This document shows, piece after piece, positions 1-8,848 of a stretch of DNA of 64,000 nt. Below the pieces are notes generated by a model. That model saw nothing but the letters and a program-made list of their open reading frames with translations, searched no databases and was not told where the DNA came from. Numbering within the stretch: position 1 is the first letter of the stretch; every line of letters begins with the position of its first letter. Position numbers and translations under genes: made by a program. This DNA comes from a bacterium (GTDB lineage: Bacteria > UBA8248), in assembly GCA_965204535.1 (NCBI GenBank), contig CBDBEV010000001.1, positions 704,001 through 768,000 on the forward strand. The letters are read 5' to 3'.

Positions 1-123
1 ACGCAGGGCCTGCTTCACCTCTTTTGACATGGGCTGGGCCAGGTCGACGCCCCTGATTTCGGCCCCCAGGGCGGCGCCGGTCGGCACCACTTCCAGACTG
101 TCGAGCGTGTTTTTCGTACTCAT
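1..123 (-). CDS. N-terminus of a TauD/TfdA-family Fe(II)/2-oxoglutarate dioxygenase (runs off the window edge)
   Basis: Manual translation from the ATG at 123 gives MSTKNTLDSLEVVPTGAALGAEIRGVDLAQP, matching the typical LGAEIxGVDL start of TauD proteins; GGAG RBS upstream. Confidence 0.7.
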   Translation of the reverse strand, partial: MSTKNTLDSLEVVPTGAALGAEIRGVDLAQPMSKEVKQALR

Positions 124-231
124 TGCGTTGGACTCCTATCGTGTGAGTTTCTCTTCTCCGGGAGAGACGCCCGGATGATGTGATTGGCTGTTTCGCCCAG
201 TCTAGTAAAACGGCGCTCCCCTGTAAAGATT

Positions 232-1419
232 TCAGGCGACTGTGCTCACGCGCGCGCGCCTTTTCTGCTCCGCGTGAATCAGCCAGGCGAGGCTCGTGGC
301 GACGAGGCAGAGCAGGGCGTAGAAGAGAAACGATTCCCTCAAGCCCACCGCCTGGGCGATGAGTCCTCCCAGGAAGGGCGACGCCACAGACGCCGCCTCG
401 TTCGCCGTATACATCAAGCCGATGGCGCTCGTGCGGTTTTTCTCGCGAACCACGCCGGTGGTGAGCGTGAGCATGAGGCTCTGGGAGGGATTGAGGCACG
501 CGCCCAGAAGCGCGAGCAGACCGAAGAAGACGATCACGGATTCGGCCTGCGACAAGAATGCGAGGGAGGCGGCGCTCGTCGCCATCATGAAGAGGATGAT
601 GCGCGTCTCGTTTTTCGGGTCGGCGTATTTCCCCCATATCACGGCGAAGACCGTTCCGACGAGGAAATAGCCCGTGATGGCCCAGCCCACCTCGATGGTG
701 CCGAGCCCCAGCCCCTCGGCCAGCAGGAGCGGCAGGAACGTCATGATGCCCCGCAAACCCATCACCCGGCAGGAGGAGAGCAGCGTCATCAGGATCATGA
801 ATTTGTCGCTCAATAATTCACTGAAAGTGGATTTGGCCTCTTTCGCCATCGACTTGCGCCTGCCGGGCGCGTCCTGAAAACGCAGCCAGATGAGGAGCGC
901 GCACGCGACGCCGGGCAGCACGAAATACTGCGCCGCCGAGCGCCAGCTCGCGAGATAGACCGTGAGCCAGCCCATGGCCACCGGCGTCAGGATGCTCCCG
1001 AAATCGCCCCCCGCCTTGAAAAGGCCCATGGCGAGGCCCCGGTTTTTGGGGCTTTCTGCGGCGATCATCGAAACCGCCGCAGGGTGATAGGCCGAACAGC
1101 CCAAACCGCTCAGGAAGACGAAGGTGAGCAGGGCCGCGTAGGTATCCGAATAGCCGTAGAACCAGGCGGGCAGGGCGTTGAACAGCAGAGACAGCCCCAG
1201 GATGAGGCGGGTTTTGCCCGTGAAATCGCCCAGAAACGAGATGGGCAACTGAAAGAGGCTGCTCGACAGCGCGTAGACCGAGGCGATGAGGCCCGTCTGC
1301 GCGTAGTTGAGGCCGAAATCCGCCATGATGAGCGGAAGGATGGGCGTCAGGATCCGGTTGTAGAGTGAGTTCACCGAGTGGCTCGACGCGATGATGAAGA
1401 TGTTGGCGCCTGTGCTCAT
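232..1419 (-). CDS. MFS transporter (FSR-like)
   Basis: 395 aa with about 12 hydrophobic segments; GLGCSAYHP and RGLAMGLFKAGG motifs. Confidence 0.9.
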   Translation of the reverse strand: MSTGANIFIIASSHSVNSLYNRILTPILPLIMADFGLNYAQTGLIASVYALSSSLFQLPISFLGDFTGKTRLILGLSLLFNALPAWFYGYSDTYAALLTFVFLSGLGCSAYHPAAVSMIAAESPKNRGLAMGLFKAGGDFGSILTPVAMGWLTVYLASWRSAAQYFVLPGVACALLIWLRFQDAPGRRKSMAKEAKSTFSELLSDKFMILMTLLSSCRVMGLRGIMTFLPLLLAEGLGLGTIEVGWAITGYFLVGTVFAVIWGKYADPKNETRIILFMMATSAASLAFLSQAESVIVFFGLLALLGACLNPSQSLMLTLTTGVVREKNRTSAIGLMYTANEAASVASPFLGGLIAQAVGLRESFLFYALLCLVATSLAWLIHAEQKRRARVSTVA

Positions 1420-1520
1420 GCGGATTCCAGGGTGGGAGAATGATGGAACGATGAAGACGCGCCATTCATACCACTAAACGGAGCGTGCGGGGAAGCGTGC
1501 GCGATGAGGGCGCAAGCGCG

Positions 1521-1847
1521 GGGTAGTTGAACAAGCCTCTGAGAACGAAGGTTTGACCCGACCGATGAATGAGCAAGAATCACTCCCCCCTGGAGGGGGA
1601 GTCGAAGAGCTGAGGGCGTAAGCCCGAAAGCGATTCGGTGGGGGGGATAATTCGGAATGGCAATAAAACGCATTTTACCCCCCCACCAGTTCAGCCTTCG
1701 CAAAAATCGCTCGGCTTCACTGTCTGGCTTTCCCCTCGGGAAGCCAGACCCTCCAGGGGGGAGTGATTCCTTTCTTCTCGGTTGCCGATGACACTCAAGG
1801 GGGAGTGAAATTTAGCGTGCGCCTTCTGAGGAGTTTTCAACAATCCC
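1521..1847. repeat. Non-coding MITE/REP-like element: IS-like ends enclosing an AATCACTCCCCCCT(G/T)GAGGGG hairpin element
   Basis: Ends GGGTAGTTGAACAA and TTTTCAACAATCCC; inner inverted repeat AATCACTCCCCCCTGGAGGG (~1578) and CCCTCCAGGGGGGAGTGATT (~1768); a related copy lies inverted at ~16260-16438. Confidence 0.7.
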
Positions 1848-1949
1848 GCGCCCTCTCACGATTCACCGAGGGTGTGATATGCTGTGCGCGAATCAACATC
1901 CGCTCGTCGTGACGGCTGCCCGGGAAAGTGTGCGAAGAGGCATTATCGC

Positions 1950-3566
1950 GTGAAATACGATCTCGATACGCTTCGCGGAGACCTTTTCGGCGGCGTCACC
2001 GCCATGGTGGTGGCCCTGCCGTTGTCCTTGGCCTACGGCGTGGCTTCGGGCATGGGGGCCGCAGCGGGGCTTTACGGCGCGATAGCGGTGGGCTTTTTCG
2101 CTGCCGTCTTCGGCGGCACGGCGACCCAGATATCCGGCCCCACGGCGCCGATGGCCATCGTCATGGCGGTCATCATCACCACCTATGCGGAAAACCTGAC
2201 CGAAGCCCTCACGGTGGTCGTGATGGGCGGGTTGCTGCAAGTGCTTCTGGGCGTGTTGAAGCTCGGCCGCTTCGTGGCCTACACGCCGTATGTGGTCGTC
2301 TCGGGCTTCATGTCCGGCATCGGCGTCCTCGTGATGGCGATTCAGGTCCTGCCCTTTTTCGGCTCCGACCCCGTGCCGGGCGGAGCCGTGGGCATGATTC
2401 TCGCACTGCCCGAGACGCTGGCCGACATCAACGGGAGCGCTTTGGGCGTCGGGCTCGTCACGCTCGGCGTCGCGGTCTTCTGGCCGCCCCGATTCCGGAA
2501 AATCCTGCCCACGCCCCTCGTGGGGCTTTTCGCCGGCACACTCGTGGGTGTCTTGTGGCTGAAGGGGGCGCCCGTCATCGGGGAGGTGCCGACCGGCCTG
2601 CCGGGGCTGCAGATAGGACTCCCATCGCTCGGCTTTCTGGCGCGCGCGGTGGAGCCCGCCCTCATTCTCGCCCTCATCGGCTCGGTGGTGAGCCTTCTCA
2701 CCGGTCTCGTGGCCGACTCATTGACCCGCACGAGCCACGACCCGGACCGCGAACTCATCGGCCAGGGCGTGGGCAACGCGGCCGCGGGCCTGATCGGCGG
2801 ACTGCCCGGCGCGGGCACACCCGTGTATACGGTGCCCAACATCCGCTCCGGCGGGCGGACCCGCGCGGCGGGTGCGATATTCGCGGTGTTTCTCCTGGCG
2901 ATCCTCCTGGGTCTCGGGCCTTACGTCGAGTCGATTCCGCTCGCCGCTCTCGCGGGTGTCCTGATAAAGGTCGGCTGGGACATCATCGACTGGCGCCTCC
3001 TCACCCGCCTGCACCGCATCAAGCGTGAACACCTCTTCGTCCTGTTGACGACGCTCGGCCTCACGGTGTTCGTCGATCTCATCAGCGCCGTGGCGATAGG
3101 CCTCATCGTCGCGGGTCTGGCCCACGCGGGACAGCTCGAGAACCTCGAACTCGACAGCGTGGTCTCAGTACCCCTGCTGGATCAGATGTTCCTCTACGAG
3201 GGGGAAGAGGTCGAAGGGGTCGACCCGTTCGAGGCGCGCGTCGGCATGGTGGCGCTCCGGGGAAGCTTCACCGTCGCGTCGTCCAAGAAACTGGTGCGGA
3301 CGATCAGCCTCGACATCAAGGATCACGAGGTCGTCATCTTCAATTTCACAGAAGCCACCTACATCGACGACAGTGCCGCCATGGTCATCAAGCAACTCAT
3401 CGACGTCGCCACCGAAGAAGATACCGAGTCCATCGTCATCGGGCTTACGGGCGACGTCGCGGAGACGCTCGACGCGCTCGACGTCCTGCGCGAGGTGCCG
3501 CCGGAGCGCATCGTCGAGAACCTGGACCAGGCGCGCGAGATAGCGAAACCCCTTGTGGGGGTTTGA
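1950..3566 (+). CDS. SulP/SLC26 anion transporter with C-terminal STAS domain (BicA-like), copy 1
   Basis: GDLFGGVTAMVVALP, AGLYGAI and QISGPTAP motifs; STAS VIFNFTEATYIDDSA. GTG at 1950 chosen as start by alignment with copy 2 and a GAGG RBS. Confidence 0.92.
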   Translation: MKYDLDTLRGDLFGGVTAMVVALPLSLAYGVASGMGAAAGLYGAIAVGFFAAVFGGTATQISGPTAPMAIVMAVIITTYAENLTEALTVVVMGGLLQVLLGVLKLGRFVAYTPYVVVSGFMSGIGVLVMAIQVLPFFGSDPVPGGAVGMILALPETLADINGSALGVGLVTLGVAVFWPPRFRKILPTPLVGLFAGTLVGVLWLKGAPVIGEVPTGLPGLQIGLPSLGFLARAVEPALILALIGSVVSLLTGLVADSLTRTSHDPDRELIGQGVGNAAAGLIGGLPGAGTPVYTVPNIRSGGRTRAAGAIFAVFLLAILLGLGPYVESIPLAALAGVLIKVGWDIIDWRLLTRLHRIKREHLFVLLTTLGLTVFVDLISAVAIGLIVAGLAHAGQLENLELDSVVSVPLLDQMFLYEGEEVEGVDPFEARVGMVALRGSFTVASSKKLVRTISLDIKDHEVVIFNFTEATYIDDSAAMVIKQLIDVATEEDTESIVIGLTGDVAETLDALDVLREVPPERIVENLDQAREIAKPLVGV

Positions 3567-3606
3567 GGCGGTGGATGTGTCTTAAGATGGAAGAGGGTTT
3601 CCTCAC

Positions 3607-5223
3607 TTGAACTACGATCTCAAGACGCTTCGCGGGGACGTCTCCGGCGGCCTCACCGGTACGGTGGTCGCGCTGCCATTCGCGCTCTCTTTCGGTGTGG
3701 CGTCGGGAATGGGGGCTGCGGCGGGGCTTTACGGCGCGATTGCGGTGGGTTTTTTCGCGGTGCTCTTCGGCGGTACGCGGACGGTTATTTCAGGGCCTGC
3801 GCCTTCCATAACCGTCGCCATGGCGGTCATCGTCACCACCCACGCGACGAATCTCACCGAGGCGCTGAGCATCGTCGTTCTGGGCGGCCTGCTGCAGGTG
3901 CTTCTGGGCGCGCTGGGGGCCGGCCGCTTCGTAGTCTACACGCCCTATGTGGTCGTCTCGGGCTTCATGTCCGGCATCGGCGTCATCATCATGGCGATCG
4001 AGGCGCTGCCCTTTCTCGGGGCGCCGCCCGCGCCCGGCGGGTTCATGGGCGCGATTCGCGCGCTCCCGGAGGCGCTCGGGAATATCAACGCAGACGCCCT
4101 GGGCGTCGGCGCCGCCACGCTCGCCGCCTTCGCCTTCTGGCCGCGACGCTTCGCTAAGTTTCTCCCCGCTCCGCTGGTGGCGCTCGCAGTGGGCTCGCTT
4201 CTGGGCGTCTTGTGGCTGAATGAGGCGCCCGCCATCGGACGGATTCCGGCCGGCCTGCCGGAACTGCACCTGGGACTGCCCTCCGCCGGCTTCCTCCTGG
4301 GGGCCTTGCAACCGGCGGTCGTCCTCGCCCTGCTGGGCTCCATCGACAGCCTCCTCGCCGCCCTGGTGGCCGACTCGCTCACCGGCTCGCGCCACAACCC
4401 GAACCGTGAACTGGTGGGACAGGGGATCGGCAACGTGGCCGCAGGTCTCATCGGCGGACTACCCGGCGCGGGCGCCACCGTGAGCACGGTGACGAACATC
4501 CGCGCGGGGGGGCAGACCCGAGTGTCGGGTATGCTGCGCGCCGTGTTGCTGCTGGCGCTCCTGCTGGGTTTCGGGCCTTACGTCGAGTCGGTTCCGCTCG
4601 CCGCCTTGGCGGGCGTTCTGATGAAGGTGGGCTGGGAAATCGTCGATTGGCGGCTCCTCGCCCGTTTGCGCCACATCCGGCGCGAGCATCTCTTCGTCAT
4701 GCTGATGACGCTCGGCCTCACGGTGTTCGTCGACCTGCTGACCGCCGTGGCGATAGGCCTCATCGCCGCAGGGATGGCCCACGCAAGGCACCTCGAGCGC
4801 CTCGAGATCGACAACGTGGTGTCCGTGCCGATGCTCGACCACATATTCTTTGGAGGGACGAAAGACGCAGGCGAGGTGAACCCCTATGCGGCGCGCGTCG
4901 GCCTGGTGTCGCTCCGGGGCAGCTTCACCGTCGCCTCATCGCACGAGCTGGTCGCGGCCATCAGCGCGGACATCAAGGACCACGAGGTCGTCATCTTCGA
5001 TTTCACGGGCGCCACGCATCTCGACGACAGCGCCGCCATGCTGATCAAGCGGCTCATGGACGTCGCCGCGCAGGAGCGCACGGCGTTCATCGTGATGGGC
5101 CTGGCGGGCGACGCCGCGCGCACCTTACGCGCGTTCGACGTTCTGCGCGACGCGCCCGAAGGGCGCGTCGTCGAGACCCTGGATGAGGCGCGGGAGACCG
5201 CGAAGAAGATTCTGGGAGTATAG
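3607..5223 (+). CDS. SulP/SLC26 anion transporter with STAS domain, copy 2 (tandem paralog)
   Basis: Same motifs as copy 1; long near-identical DNA stretches shared with 1950-3566. Confidence 0.92.
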   Translation: MNYDLKTLRGDVSGGLTGTVVALPFALSFGVASGMGAAAGLYGAIAVGFFAVLFGGTRTVISGPAPSITVAMAVIVTTHATNLTEALSIVVLGGLLQVLLGALGAGRFVVYTPYVVVSGFMSGIGVIIMAIEALPFLGAPPAPGGFMGAIRALPEALGNINADALGVGAATLAAFAFWPRRFAKFLPAPLVALAVGSLLGVLWLNEAPAIGRIPAGLPELHLGLPSAGFLLGALQPAVVLALLGSIDSLLAALVADSLTGSRHNPNRELVGQGIGNVAAGLIGGLPGAGATVSTVTNIRAGGQTRVSGMLRAVLLLALLLGFGPYVESVPLAALAGVLMKVGWEIVDWRLLARLRHIRREHLFVMLMTLGLTVFVDLLTAVAIGLIAAGMAHARHLERLEIDNVVSVPMLDHIFFGGTKDAGEVNPYAARVGLVSLRGSFTVASSHELVAAISADIKDHEVVIFDFTGATHLDDSAAMLIKRLMDVAAQERTAFIVMGLAGDAARTLRAFDVLRDAPEGRVVETLDEARETAKKILGV

Positions 5224-5280
5224 GAGGGGGGTGGCCTTGGTTGCGAGCAGGGCATCCAGGCTGGTGAAATAATCCACATC

Positions 5281-5314
5281 ATCTGCTCGTAAGCGTTCGG
5301 GCGGGCCGTGATGG
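5281..5314. repeat. IS66 target-site duplication (5281-5288) and terminal inverted repeat (5289-5314)
   Basis: Read directly from the sequence. Confidence 0.95.
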
Positions 5315-5357
5315 TAGTGCCTTGAAGCAGTAGTTCGGGCCGGAATGGGGGATGATT

Positions 5358-6230
5358 TTACCGGTTGAGGACTTGCTTCCAGTTTCTGCGCAACGGTCGT
5401 AGCCAGATGTCCTTTTTCGGTTGGTCTCGTTTCGTGTATCTGTCGTAGCGTCCACGCCCCTGGGTCATACCGACGTGAATCCACCCCGATGCCCTGTAGA
5501 CGGCGCCGGTGTAGCGCGGCGTCTCGACGAAGGTCTCGACGAGGACGGGTGTCGTGCCATAGCGCTCGGTCCAGTCCTCGGGCAGGCGCCTGCGGATGAT
5601 GGCGAGGAGGTGTGAGCCGAGGTTGAGGATCCTGATCCATGGCAGGATGAGGAACCTCGGGTTGTCGACCACGAGGGGGAGGTTCTTCTCGCGCAGCTGC
5701 GGCGTCCAGCCGATGAAGCTGTCGCGCGGGGCGAGCTTCCACGCGGCGGTGGAGAAGCCGAGCATGGCGAGGGGCCTGCCGCCCCGGTCGTGGACGGCGT
5801 AGCGCATCTGCGCGCCGACGAGGGTCTTGTAGCCGAGGTAGTGGTAGCGGGCGACGAACTCGTTCCAGAGCCTGCCCTCGCGGGTTCCGCGCACGGCGAC
5901 GCGCATATCGAGGGGGCGGACTTCGTCGAGGGTCTCAGGCGCCGGGATGAGGGGAGGTTCGGTGTCGGGTCCGAAGACGATCGGCCCGGGCCGGTTCTGG
6001 CGCCACTTCGGTGGGGGCAGCGTGATCAGGCCGTCCTTGTGCATGGCCAGCATAGTCACCCGGGCCATCATGTCCTTGAGTCCGCCGTCGGGCTTGTACC
6101 AGCCGATTCGGCGGCAGAACTCCTTCGATAGCGCATGGCGGTTGAGCGCAGGTGGACCTGCGATCAGTTCGCGCAGCAGCGCCATCTCTTCCGTCGTGAA
6201 GTCGCGTCCGTGGTAGCGGCACTCGGTCAC
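5358..6230 (-). CDS. DUF4338 domain protein (Druantia DruA-related, Mom/GNAT-like fold), inside the IS66
   Basis: RYHYLGY, RDSFIGW, NPRFLILPW..NLGSH, ETFVE..RYTGAVYRASGW..VG.T.GRG motifs; starts 4 bp after the transposase stop. Confidence 0.85.
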   Translation of the reverse strand: MTECRYHGRDFTTEEMALLRELIAGPPALNRHALSKEFCRRIGWYKPDGGLKDMMARVTMLAMHKDGLITLPPPKWRQNRPGPIVFGPDTEPPLIPAPETLDEVRPLDMRVAVRGTREGRLWNEFVARYHYLGYKTLVGAQMRYAVHDRGGRPLAMLGFSTAAWKLAPRDSFIGWTPQLREKNLPLVVDNPRFLILPWIRILNLGSHLLAIIRRRLPEDWTERYGTTPVLVETFVETPRYTGAVYRASGWIHVGMTQGRGRYDRYTKRDQPKKDIWLRPLRRNWKQVLNR

Positions 6231-6234
6231 GGCG

Positions 6235-8589
6235 TCATCCCGGCGCCGTGAGGGCGCGCCTGCGCTCCGTGCTCATCGACCAGGGCAGCCACGCGGAGAG
6301 GTCCCCGGGCGCCCGGCCGCCGTTCTCCGCGCAGGCCGTGAGCCATGCCTCCAGCCAGCGGAGCGGGTCGACCCCGTTCGACGCGAGGGTTCCGAGGACC
6401 GAGTACATCATCGCCGTAAACCTGGCGCCGGCCTCGCTGTCGGAGCCGAACGAGAGCCGCCTGCCGATCACAGGGCCCCGAAGCGCACGTTCGCTGGCGT
6501 TGTTATCCATCGGCACCGAGGGGCGTTCGATGAAGACGCTCAGCCCCTCGCGGTGGTTCAGCAGCGAGCGAAGCGCCTTGCCCTCGCGCGCCTGCGCGGG
6601 CAGAGCGGCCATCTCCCGTCGGGCCTGCGCGAACAGGTCCTTGAGCGCCTTCTTCAATTCGTCGTGCGCCGCGTCGAACGCCGCATCCTGGCGTTCGACG
6701 CCCGGGTCGTAACTGGCCAGGCGCGCCTCGTTCAGGCGGTAAAGCAAGGCAATCCGCTCGATCCATCTCTCGCACCACGGCGTCAGCCGCTCATCGCCGG
6801 CGGCGCAGTGGATATAATCGCGCCGGACGTGACTCCAGCACCATGCGAGAGTCACCAGACCCCCGGGAATGCGCGCCAGCTTCTTGTAGGCGCTGTAGCG
6901 GTCGCAGACGATGACCGTATGGGAGCCGGCCGCGCCGAACAGCTTCATCGCGACCTCAGCACTCCGCGAGGGGTCGACGTGGAAGTAGACGGAGTCTGCG
7001 CTGACCGAGGTCCACAGCCAGGCGCGGCTCGAGCGTCCTTGTTCGCGAAGCGACTGAACGCGCCACGTCGTCTCGTCCCCGTGACGCACCGCCGCTTCGT
7101 TCTGGCGGTCGAGGATCGCCGCAGCCAGCGGCTCGAAGAGCGGCGTGAAGCGGTGCGTGCTGTCGCCCAGTGTGCCTGCAGAGACCGGAAGCCCCTGGTC
7201 GGAGAGCCACGCGGCGACCCGGCGCAGCGGGCGGAAGCAGGCGTAGCGCTCGAACAGGAAGCGCGCCCACACGCTCGTCCCGTAAGGCGTGCCCGCGAAC
7301 AGGCGCGGCGCGGCGGGCGCCGACACTTCCACCGGAGACGACGCGCACGCGCATCTCCTGCGCCATCTCGGACGGCGGATGACGCGCTTGTGGGCCGAGA
7401 CTTCGATCTCGAAGATGGAGGAGACCTCGGCGCCATTGGCCACGTAGGGCTTCCCGCAACCGGCGCAGACGCGCGCACCGGCCGGCGGGTTGCGAACTTC
7501 GGTCCTCTCATCGAGCGCGGGCCGCGGGGTGCGGCCATGACCGGCGGCGCCGGGTTGCCGGCCGCGCCTGCGCTCCGAGCGCGGCCTCTCCTGCCGTTCG
7601 CTCTTGCGCCCGAACAGTCTTCTCGCCAGCACCGCTCCGGTGGCGCGAAGCTTCGCGAGATCGGCCTCCAGCCGCGCCCGGATGGTCTCTGACTTGCGGA
7701 GCGCCCTGCGAAGACGCCCGTTCTCCCTCGACAGCGACCTGAGCGCCGTCTTCTGGCGCCGCGACCTCCCCAGGGCCTTGCGCAGTTCCTCATCTGCACG
7801 AGACGGCGACTTCGAGCGCGCCGCCTCGAGAGCGCGCAGCAACCGCGCCTTCAGCCGTTCGGTCGCAATGCCTACGGCCCCCAGGGAGACTTCAAGACGG
7901 TAGACCTCCGCAGACAGCGACTCGACCACCTCCGCCTGGTCGCGCAATCGCCTCAACTTCCTGTAGAGCCCGATGGCCTCCTCGTCCAGGCTCCGAATGG
8001 TCTCCTTGTCGGTCGCCGACTTCTGCTTCTCCAGGGCCAGACGATCTTCGAGCCGGGCAACTTCCTTCTCCCGCCGGCCGACCTCCTTGCGCAGGGCATG
8101 AATCGTCTCCTTGCGCTCCTCCAGGGCCTTGCGCAGCCGCCCCGCCTCCCCCGGCGACGGCACGCCCGAGAGCTCCTTGCGAAGCCGGACGACCTCCATG
8201 CGCAGCGACATGAGCGGGCTGCGCTTGCGCGGATCGACCCCCGCCTCCGCAAGCAGCTTCTCCAGCCGCGCCACTTCCGCCTTGAGCGACAGCGCGTCCT
8301 TCGCCGCGCGGCGGGCTTCCTTCGCCTCCCCGGCGGCCGCCTCGAGCTTCTTCCGGCTGGCGTCGAGATGCCGCTTCAGCTTGCCCGCACGGGAGCGGGA
8401 ATCCACTTCCGCCCAACGCAACTCCTCGCAGCGCGCCTCCGCCGCCTCCGCGCGCGCACGCTCGCGCTCGTACAGCGAACGCCAGTACGCCTCTGCGGTT
8501 GTGGACAACCCGGGGGAATGAGGCCATGGCTCATCCGGCCTCTCGGCCAACGCCAACTCCGTCTCGACAGCTTCTGCGCGAATCTTCAT
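6235..8589 (-). CDS. IS66-family DDE transposase (TnpC) with long N-terminal coiled coil
   Basis: LFGRKSE, CxxCG...CxC Zn ribbon, HGDETTW, CDRYSAY, CWSHVRR and DNNASERALR motifs. Confidence 0.93.
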   Translation of the reverse strand: MKIRAEAVETELALAERPDEPWPHSPGLSTTAEAYWRSLYERERARAEAAEARCEELRWAEVDSRSRAGKLKRHLDASRKKLEAAAGEAKEARRAAKDALSLKAEVARLEKLLAEAGVDPRKRSPLMSLRMEVVRLRKELSGVPSPGEAGRLRKALEERKETIHALRKEVGRREKEVARLEDRLALEKQKSATDKETIRSLDEEAIGLYRKLRRLRDQAEVVESLSAEVYRLEVSLGAVGIATERLKARLLRALEAARSKSPSRADEELRKALGRSRRQKTALRSLSRENGRLRRALRKSETIRARLEADLAKLRATGAVLARRLFGRKSERQERPRSERRRGRQPGAAGHGRTPRPALDERTEVRNPPAGARVCAGCGKPYVANGAEVSSIFEIEVSAHKRVIRRPRWRRRCACASSPVEVSAPAAPRLFAGTPYGTSVWARFLFERYACFRPLRRVAAWLSDQGLPVSAGTLGDSTHRFTPLFEPLAAAILDRQNEAAVRHGDETTWRVQSLREQGRSSRAWLWTSVSADSVYFHVDPSRSAEVAMKLFGAAGSHTVIVCDRYSAYKKLARIPGGLVTLAWCWSHVRRDYIHCAAGDERLTPWCERWIERIALLYRLNEARLASYDPGVERQDAAFDAAHDELKKALKDLFAQARREMAALPAQAREGKALRSLLNHREGLSVFIERPSVPMDNNASERALRGPVIGRRLSFGSDSEAGARFTAMMYSVLGTLASNGVDPLRWLEAWLTACAENGGRAPGDLSAWLPWSMSTERRRALTAPG

Positions 8590-8675
8590 GCCGACATCAT
8601 TAGCACATGTCGAATCGCGTTACCAGTCGCCCGGGAAAATTCTATCCGATGGAGGCGATGCGCCCGGCGCCGGGT

Positions 8676-8709
8676 CCATCACGGCCCGCCCGAACGCTTA
8701 CATCTGCTC
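8676..8709. repeat. IS66 terminal inverted repeat (8676-8701) and target-site duplication (8702-8709)
   Basis: Read directly from the sequence. Confidence 0.95.
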
Positions 8710-8739
8710 TCAATCACCAGAGCGGTAAGAATTTCCATA

Positions 8740-8835
8740 AATATTGCAAAAATAAATTGAAAAGTTGTAAAATAACTGGTGAAAAGTATATAGTTTGCGA
8801 CATTAAGTTGCAAAAAATAATTGAATAGTTTCAAA
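8740..8835 (+). promoter_or_regulatory. AT-rich leader with ~21-bp phased direct repeats (putative operator array)
   Basis: AATATTGCAAAAATAAATTGA (8740), AAAGTTGTAAAATAACTGGTG (8761), TAAGTTGCAAAAAATAATTGA (8804), ATAGTTTCAAA (8825). Confidence 0.5.
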
Positions 8836-8848
8836 GAGGTTGTTTCGT

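Larger units (their letters stand above)
5289..8701 (-). mobile_element. Complete IS66-family insertion sequence (3413 bp) encoding a TnpC-type transposase plus a DUF4338 gene
   Basis: Perfect 26-bp TIRs GTAAGCGTTCGGGCGGGCCGTGATGG (5289-5314 and 8676-8701); 8-bp TSD ATCTGCTC at 5281-5288 and 8702-8709; GTAA ends and 8-bp TSD are IS66 hallmarks. Confidence 0.95.

Noticed and set aside
5358-6230. Complete Druantia defence system
   Set aside because: No DruE helicase or other Dru genes nearby; the gene lies within IS ends
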